Positions 57,101 through 64,000 of a DNA stretch of 64,000 nt are shown here, one piece after another. The stretch is from the human T2T-CHM13v2.0 reference genome, Homo sapiens. Location of the stretch: the NCBI RefSeq assembly GCF_009914755.1, contig NC_060946.1. One strand, given 5' to 3'. The notes beneath the pieces were generated by a model that worked only from the letters and a program-made list of their open reading frames with translations, did not search any database and was not told where the DNA came from. Position 1 is the stretch's first letter. Each line of letters opens with the position of its first letter. Made by a program: the position numbers and the translations under genes.

Positions 57101-60100
57101 ATTGAGCAGCTTAGAATCTCTCTTTTTGTAGAAAATGCAAGTGGATATTTGGAGCCCCATTTCGCCCTATGGTGGAAAACAAAACATCTTCACATAAAAA
57201 CTACACAGAAGCATTCTGAGAAACTTCTTTGTGATGTTTGCATTCAACTCACCGAGTCGAACTTATCTTTTGATAGAGCAGTTTTGTATCTCTCTTTTTG
57301 CAGAATCTGCAAGGGATATTTGGAAAGCTTTGAGGCCTATTGTGGAAAAGGAAATATCTACACATAAAAACTACAGAGAAGCATTCTGAGAAACTTCTTT
57401 GTGAAGTATAGATTCAACCCACAGAGTTGGACTTATCTTTTCATTGAGCAGTTTTGAATGTCTCTTTTTGTAGAATCTGCATATGGATATTTGGAGCCCT
57501 TTGCAACCTATGGTGGAAAAGGAAATAACTTCAAATAACAACTACACAGAAGCCTTCAGAGAAACTTCTTTGTGATGAGTGCATTCATCCCACAGAGTTG
57601 AAACTTCCTTTTTATTGAGCAGTTTTGAAACATTATTTTTGCAGAATCAGCAAGTGGATATTTGGAGAGCACTGTGGCCTATTGTGGAAAAGGAAATCTC
57701 TTCATATAAAAACTACACAGGAGCATTCAGAGAAACTACTTTGTGATGTGTGCATTGAACTCACAGAGTTGAACCTGTCTTTTGATTGAGCAGTTTTGAA
57801 TCTCTCTTTTTGTAGAATCTGCAAGTGGATATTTGGAGACCTTTGCAGCCTATGATTGAAAAGGAAATATATTCAAATAAAAACTACACAGAAGCATTCT
57901 GAGAAACATCTTTGTGATGTGTGCATTCGTCTCACAGGGTTGAACCTATCTTCTGATTGAGCAGTTTCAAAAAACTCTTTTTGTAGAATCTGCAAGTGGA
58001 TATTTGGAGTGCTTTGAGGCCTACCATGGAAAAGCAAATATCTTCAGATAAAAACTACGCAGAAGCAATCTGACAAACTTCTTTGTGCTGTGTGCATTCA
58101 TCTGACAGAGTGGAAATTTTCTTTTCATTGAGCAGTTTTTAAACACTCTTTTTCTAGAAACTGCAATTGGATACTTGGAGGCCTTTGAGACCTCCATGGA
58201 AAAGGAAATATCTTCACATAATAATCACACAGAAGCATTCTGAGAAACTTCTTTTTGATGTGCGCATTCATCTCACAGAGTTAAACCTTTCTTTTGTTTC
58301 GGCAGTTTTGAAACACTCTTTTTTGTACATTCTGCAAGTGGATATTTGGAGCGATTTGAAGCCTATTGTGGGAAAGGAAATATCCTCACATAAAAACTAC
58401 ACACAAGCATTCTGAGAAAGTTCTTTTTGATATGTGCATTCATCTAACAGTTGAACCCTTCTTTTGATTGCGCAGTTTGAAACACTCTTTTTGTAGAATC
58501 TGCAAGTGGATATTTGGAGCGATTTGAGGCCTATTGTGGAAAAGGAAATATCTTCAAATAAAAACTACAAGGAAGCATTCAGAGAAACTCCTTTGTGATG
58601 AGTGCGTTAATCAGACAGAGTTGAAACTTTCTTTGCATTGAGCAGTTTGAAGCACTCTTTTTGTAGAATCTGGAAGGGGGTATTTGAGGGCTTTGAGGCT
58701 TATTTGAAGAAGGAGATATCTTCACATAAAAACTACACAGAAGCATTCTGAGAAACCTCTTTGTGATGAATGCTTTAAACACAGAGTGTCGAACTTATCT
58801 TTTGATTGGGCATTATTGAATCTCTCTTTTTGCAGAATCTGCAAGTGGATATTTGGAGAGCTTTGAGGCGTACTGTTGAAAAGGAAATATCTTCACATAA
58901 AAACTACACAGAAGGATTCTGAGAAAGTTCTTTGTGAGGTGTGCCTTCAACTCACAGAGTTGAACTTATCTTTTGATTGAGCAGTTTTGGATCTCTCTTT
59001 TTGTAGAATTTTCAAGTGGACTTTTGGAGCCCTTTGTGCCCTATATTTGAAAAGGAAATATCTTCAAATAAAAACTACACAGAAGGATTCAGATAAACTT
59101 CTTTGTGATGAGTGTATTCATCACACAGAGTTGAAACTTTCTTTTTATGGAACAGTTTCAAAACACTCTTTTTATAGAATCAGCAAGTGGATATTTGGTG
59201 AGATATGAGGCCTATTGTGGAAAAGGAAATATCTTCCAATAAAAACTACACAGAAGCATTCTGAGAAACTACTTTGTGATGTGTGCATTCAACTCACAGA
59301 GGTGAACCAATCTTTTGATTGAGCAGTTTTGAAACACTCTTTTTGTAGAATCTGGAAGTGGATATTTTGTGGGCTTTGAGGTCTATTTCGGAAAAGGAAA
59401 TATCTACATATAAAAACTACACAGAAATATTCTGAGAAACTTCTCTGTTATGTGTGCATTCAACTCACAGAGTTGAACATATCTTTTGATTGAGGAGTCT
59501 GGAATCTCTCATTTTGCAGAAACTGAAAGTGGATATTTGGATCCTTTTGAGGCATACTGTGGAAAAGCAAATATCTTCACATAAAATCTACACAGAGGCA
59601 TTCTGCAAAACTTCTTTGAGATGTGTGCATTCAAATCACGGAGTTGAACTTATCTTTTGATTGAGCAGTTTTTAATTTCTCTTTTTGTAGAATCTGCAAG
59701 TGGAGGTTTGGAGCACTTTGTCGCCTATGGTGGAAAAGGAGATATCTTCAAATGAAAACTACACAGAAATATTCTGAGAAACTTCTTTGTGATGTGTGCA
59801 TTCATCTCACAGGGTTGAACCTATCTTATGATTGAGCAGTTTTGATATGCTCTTTTTGTAGGATCTGCAAGTGGATATTTGGAGCACTTTGAGGCCTACC
59901 ATGGAAATGAAATAACATCATATAAAAACTACACAGAAGCATTCTGAGAGACTCCTTTGTGATGTGTGCATTCATCTCACAGAGTTAAACCTTTATTTTT
60001 ATGGAGCAGTTTTGAAACACACTTTTTTTAGAATCTGCAAGTGGATATTTGGGGTGATTTGAGGCATATTTTGGAAAAGGAAATATCTTCATTTAAAAAC

Positions 60101-63100
60101 CACACAGAAACATTCTGAGAAACATTTTTGTGATGTGTGCACTAAACTCACAGAGTTGAACCTATCTTTTGATTGAGCAGTTTAGAATCTCTCTTTTTAT
60201 AGAATCTGCAAGTAGATATTTGAAGACCTTCTTGCCCTATGGTGGAAAAGGAAATATCTTCACATAAAAACTACACAGAAGCATTCTGAGAAACTTCTTT
60301 GTGAGGTGTTCATTCAACTCACAGAGTTGAACCTATCTTTTTATTGATCAGTTTTGAATCTCTCTTTTTGCACAATCTGCAAGTGGATATTTGGAGCGCT
60401 TTGAGGCCTACAGTGGAAAATCAAATATCTTCCCATAAAAACTACACAGACGCATTCTGAGAAACTTCTTTGTCATGTGTGCTTTCAAATCACATAGTTT
60501 AAACTATCTTGTGACTGAGAAGTTTTTAGTCTCTCTTCTTGTAGAATCTGCAAGTGGATATTTGGAGATCTCTGTGGCCTGTGGTGTAAAAGGAAATATC
60601 TTCAACTAAATACCACACAAAAGCATTCAGAGAAACTTCTTCGTTGTGAGTGTATTCATCACAGAGAGGTGAAACTTTCCTTTGATTGAACACTTTTGAA
60701 ACACTCTTTTTGTAGAATCTGCAAGTGGATATTTTAGAGCTTTGAGGAAAATTGTGAAAAATGAAATATTTTCACATAAAACCTACAGAGAAGCATCCTG
60801 AGAAACTTCTTTGTGAGGTGTGCATTCAACTCACAGAGTTGAACCTATCATTTCATTGAACAGTTTTGAATATCTCTTTTTGTAGAATCTGCAATTGGAT
60901 ATTTGGAGCTCTTTGCGCCCTATGGTGGAAAAGAAAATATCTTCATATAAAAAATGCACAGAAGCATTCTGAGAAACTTCCTCATGATGTGTGCTTTCAA
61001 ATCACAGAATTGAACCTATCTTTTGATAGAGCAGTTTTGAATCTCTCTTTTTGCAGAATCTACAAGTGGATATCTGGAGAGCTTTGAGGCCTATTTGGAA
61101 AAGGAAATATCTTCACAAAAAAAACTATACAGAAGCATCCTGAGAAACTTCTTTGTGAGTTGTGCATTCAACACGCAGAGTTGAACTTATCTTTTCTTTG
61201 AGCACTTTTGAGTTCCTCTTTTTATAGAATCTGCAATTGGATATTTGGAGCTCTTTGCGCCCTATGCTGGAAAAGGAAATATCTTCACATAACAACTACA
61301 CAGAAGCATTCTGAGAAACTTCTTTGTGATGTGTGCGTTCAACTCGCAGAGTTGAACCTATCTTATGATAGAGCAGTTTTGAAACACTCTTTTTGTAGAA
61401 TCTGCAGGTAGGTATTTGGAGCGCTTTGTGGCCTACTGTGGAAAAGAAAATATCTTCAACTAAATACTACACAGAAGCATTCCGAGAAAATTCTTTGTGA
61501 TGTGAGCGTTCAACTCACAGAGTTGAACCTATCTTATGATTGAGCAGTTTTCAAACAAAATTTTTGTAGTATCTGAAAGTTTATATTTGGAGCCCTTAGA
61601 GGCCTCCATGGAAAAGCAAATATTCTCAAATAAAAACTACACAGAAGTATTATGAGAAACTACTTTGAGATGTATGCATTCATCTCACAGAGTTGAACTT
61701 TTCTTCTGATTCAGCAGTTTTGAATCACTCTTTTTGTAGAATCTTCAAGTGGATATTTGGAGTCTTTTGAGGCCTATTTTGAAAAAGGAAATATCTTCAC
61801 ATAAAAACTACACAGAAGTATTCTGAGAAACTTCTTTGTGATGTATGCATTCATCTCACAGAGTTGAACCTTTCTCTTGATTGAGCAGTTTTCAAACACT
61901 CTTTCTGTAGAATCTGCAAGTGGATATTTAGAGCGATTTGATGCCTATTGTGGAAAAGAATATATCTTCACATAAAAACTACAGAGAAGCATTCTGTGAA
62001 ACTTCTTTGTGATGTGTGCATTCAACTCACAGTGTTGAACCTATCTTTTGATTGAGCAGTTTAGAATCTCTCGTTCTGCAGAATCTGCAAGTGGATATTT
62101 GGAGCCCTCTTTCGCCCTATGGTGGAAAAGCAAATATCTTCAAATAAAAACTACACAGAAGCATTCAGAGAAACTTCTTTGTGATGAGTGCATTCATCAC
62201 ACAGAGATGAACCTTTGTTTTGATTGAGCAGTTTTGAGACACTTTTTTCGTAGAATCTGGAAGTGGAAATTTGGATGGCTTTGAGCCCTATTTTGGAGAA
62301 GGAGTTATCTTCACATAAAAACTACAGAGTAGCATTCTGAGAAATTTCTTTGTGAGGTGTGCATTGGAGTCACAGAGTTGGACTTATCTTTTGATTCAGC
62401 AGTTTTGAATCTCTCCTTTGCAGATTCTGCAAGTGGATACTGGGAGCGCTTTGAGGCTAACTGTGGAAAATCAAATGTCTTCACATAAAATCTGCACAGA
62501 AGCATTCTGAGAAACTTCTTTGTGATTTGCGCTTTCAACTCACAGAGTACAACGTATCTTTTGATAGAGCAGTTTTGAATCTCTCTTTTTGCAGAATCTG
62601 CAAGTGGATATTTACAGCACTTTGAGGCCTACTGTGGAAAATCAATTATCTTCCCATAAAAACTATACAGAAGCATTCTGAGAAACTTCTTTGTGATGTG
62701 TGCATTCAACACACAGACTCAAACATACTTTTTGGTTGAACAGTTTTGAATCTCTCTTTTTGCAGAATCTGCAAGTGGATATTTGGAGAGATTTGGGGCT
62801 TATTTTGGAAAAGGAAATATCTTCATTAAAAAACTACACAGAAGCATTCTGAGAAACTTCTTTGTGAGGTGTGCATTTAACTCGCAGAGTTGAACTTATC
62901 TTTTCATTGAGTACTTTTGAATCTCCCTTTTTGTAGAATCTGCAAGTGGATATTTGGAGCTCTTAGTGCCCCATGGTGGAAAAGAAAATATCTTCACATA
63001 AATAGTACACAGAAGAATTCAGAGAAAATTTTTTGTGATTTATTCATTCCTCAAACAGGGTTGAACCTTTCTTTTTATTGAGCAGTTTTGAAACACCCTT

Positions 63101-64000
63101 TTTGCAGAATCAATTTGGAGAGTTTTGAGGCCTATTGTGGAAAGATATATCCTAAAATAAAAAATACACGGAAGCATTCTGAGAAACTTCATTGTTTTGT
63201 GTACATTCAACTCACAGAGTTGAACCTATCTATTCATTGAGCAGTTTTGAAAACCTCTTTTTTAGAAACTGCAAGTGGATATTTGGAGCCCTTTGCGCCC
63301 TGTGGTGGAAAAGGAAATATCTTCAAATAAAAACTACACAGAAGCATTCAAAGAAACTTCCTTGTGAAGTGTGCATTCATCTGTGATGTGTGCTTTCACT
63401 TCACAGAATTGAACCTATCTTTTGATTGAGCAGTTTTGAAACTCTCTTTTTGTGGAATCTGCAAGTGGATATTTGGAACCCTTTGCAGCCTATGGTGGAA
63501 AAGGAAATATTTTCAAATAAATAATACACAGAAGCATTCAGAGAAACTTCTTCGTGGTGAGTGCCTTCATCACAGAGAGTTGAACCTTTCCTTTGATTGA
63601 GCAGTTTTGAAACACTCTTTTTGCAGGATCTGCAGGTGGATATTTTAGTGTTTTGAGGCCAAATGTGGAAAATCAAATATCTTCACATAAAAACTACACA
63701 GAAGCATTCTGGGAAACTACTTAGGGAGGTGTGCATTCAACTCACAGAGTTGAACCTATCTTTTCATTGAGCAGCATTGAGTCTCTCTTTCTGTAGAATC
63801 TGCAAGTGGATATTTGGAGAGATTTGAGGCCTATTGTGGAAAAGGAAATATCTTCACATAAAAACTACACAAAAGCATTCTGAGAAACTTCTTTGTGAGG
63901 TATGCATTGAACTCACATAATTGAACCTATCTTTTGATTGAGCCGTTTAGATTATCTCTTTTTGTAGAATCTGCAAGTGGATATTTGGAGCCCTTAGCAG
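45111..64000 (+). repeat. Divergent monomeric alpha satellite, forward orientation, 'gtggatattt/ctacacag' type with many degenerate multimer duplications
   Basis: ~171-bp unit cattctgagaaacttctttgtgatgtgtgcattcaactcacagagttgaac...ctatggtggaaaaggaaatatcttcacataaaaactacacagaag, running to the end of the window. Confidence 0.98.

Overview
Primate (hominoid-type) pericentromeric DNA with no host gene. About 51 kb is divergent ~171-bp alpha satellite made of A-type (pJalpha-box) monomers; I found no canonical CENP-B box. The array has at least two layers: a monomeric 'aaatatcc/ctgtgtag' type and an alternating dimeric 'aaatgtcc/ctgtctag' type at ~20.95-38.15 kb. Three LINE-1 insertions interrupt it. 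(1) A full-length minus-strand L1PA3-like element (~5470-11628) that keeps the ~129-bp ZNF93-bound 5'UTR segment. (2) A ~100-bp 5'-truncated plus-strand L1 with a perfect 14-bp TSD (27968-28069). (3) A full-length minus-strand L1PA2/late-L1PA3-like element (38203-44323) that lacks the ZNF93 segment, carries a probable 3' transduction, has an open antisense ORF0 with an in-frame duplication, and has no TSD. The satellite reverses orientation exactly at the 5' end of this third element, which best fits an L1-L1 recombination inversion. Many degenerate block duplications (fossil higher-order structure) are visible. The short ORFs in satellite DNA are translation artefacts. I see no new protein-coding system; the interesting signal is structural and evolutionary. 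All comparisons were made by eye, and subfamily/suprachromosomal-family assignments need software confirmation.
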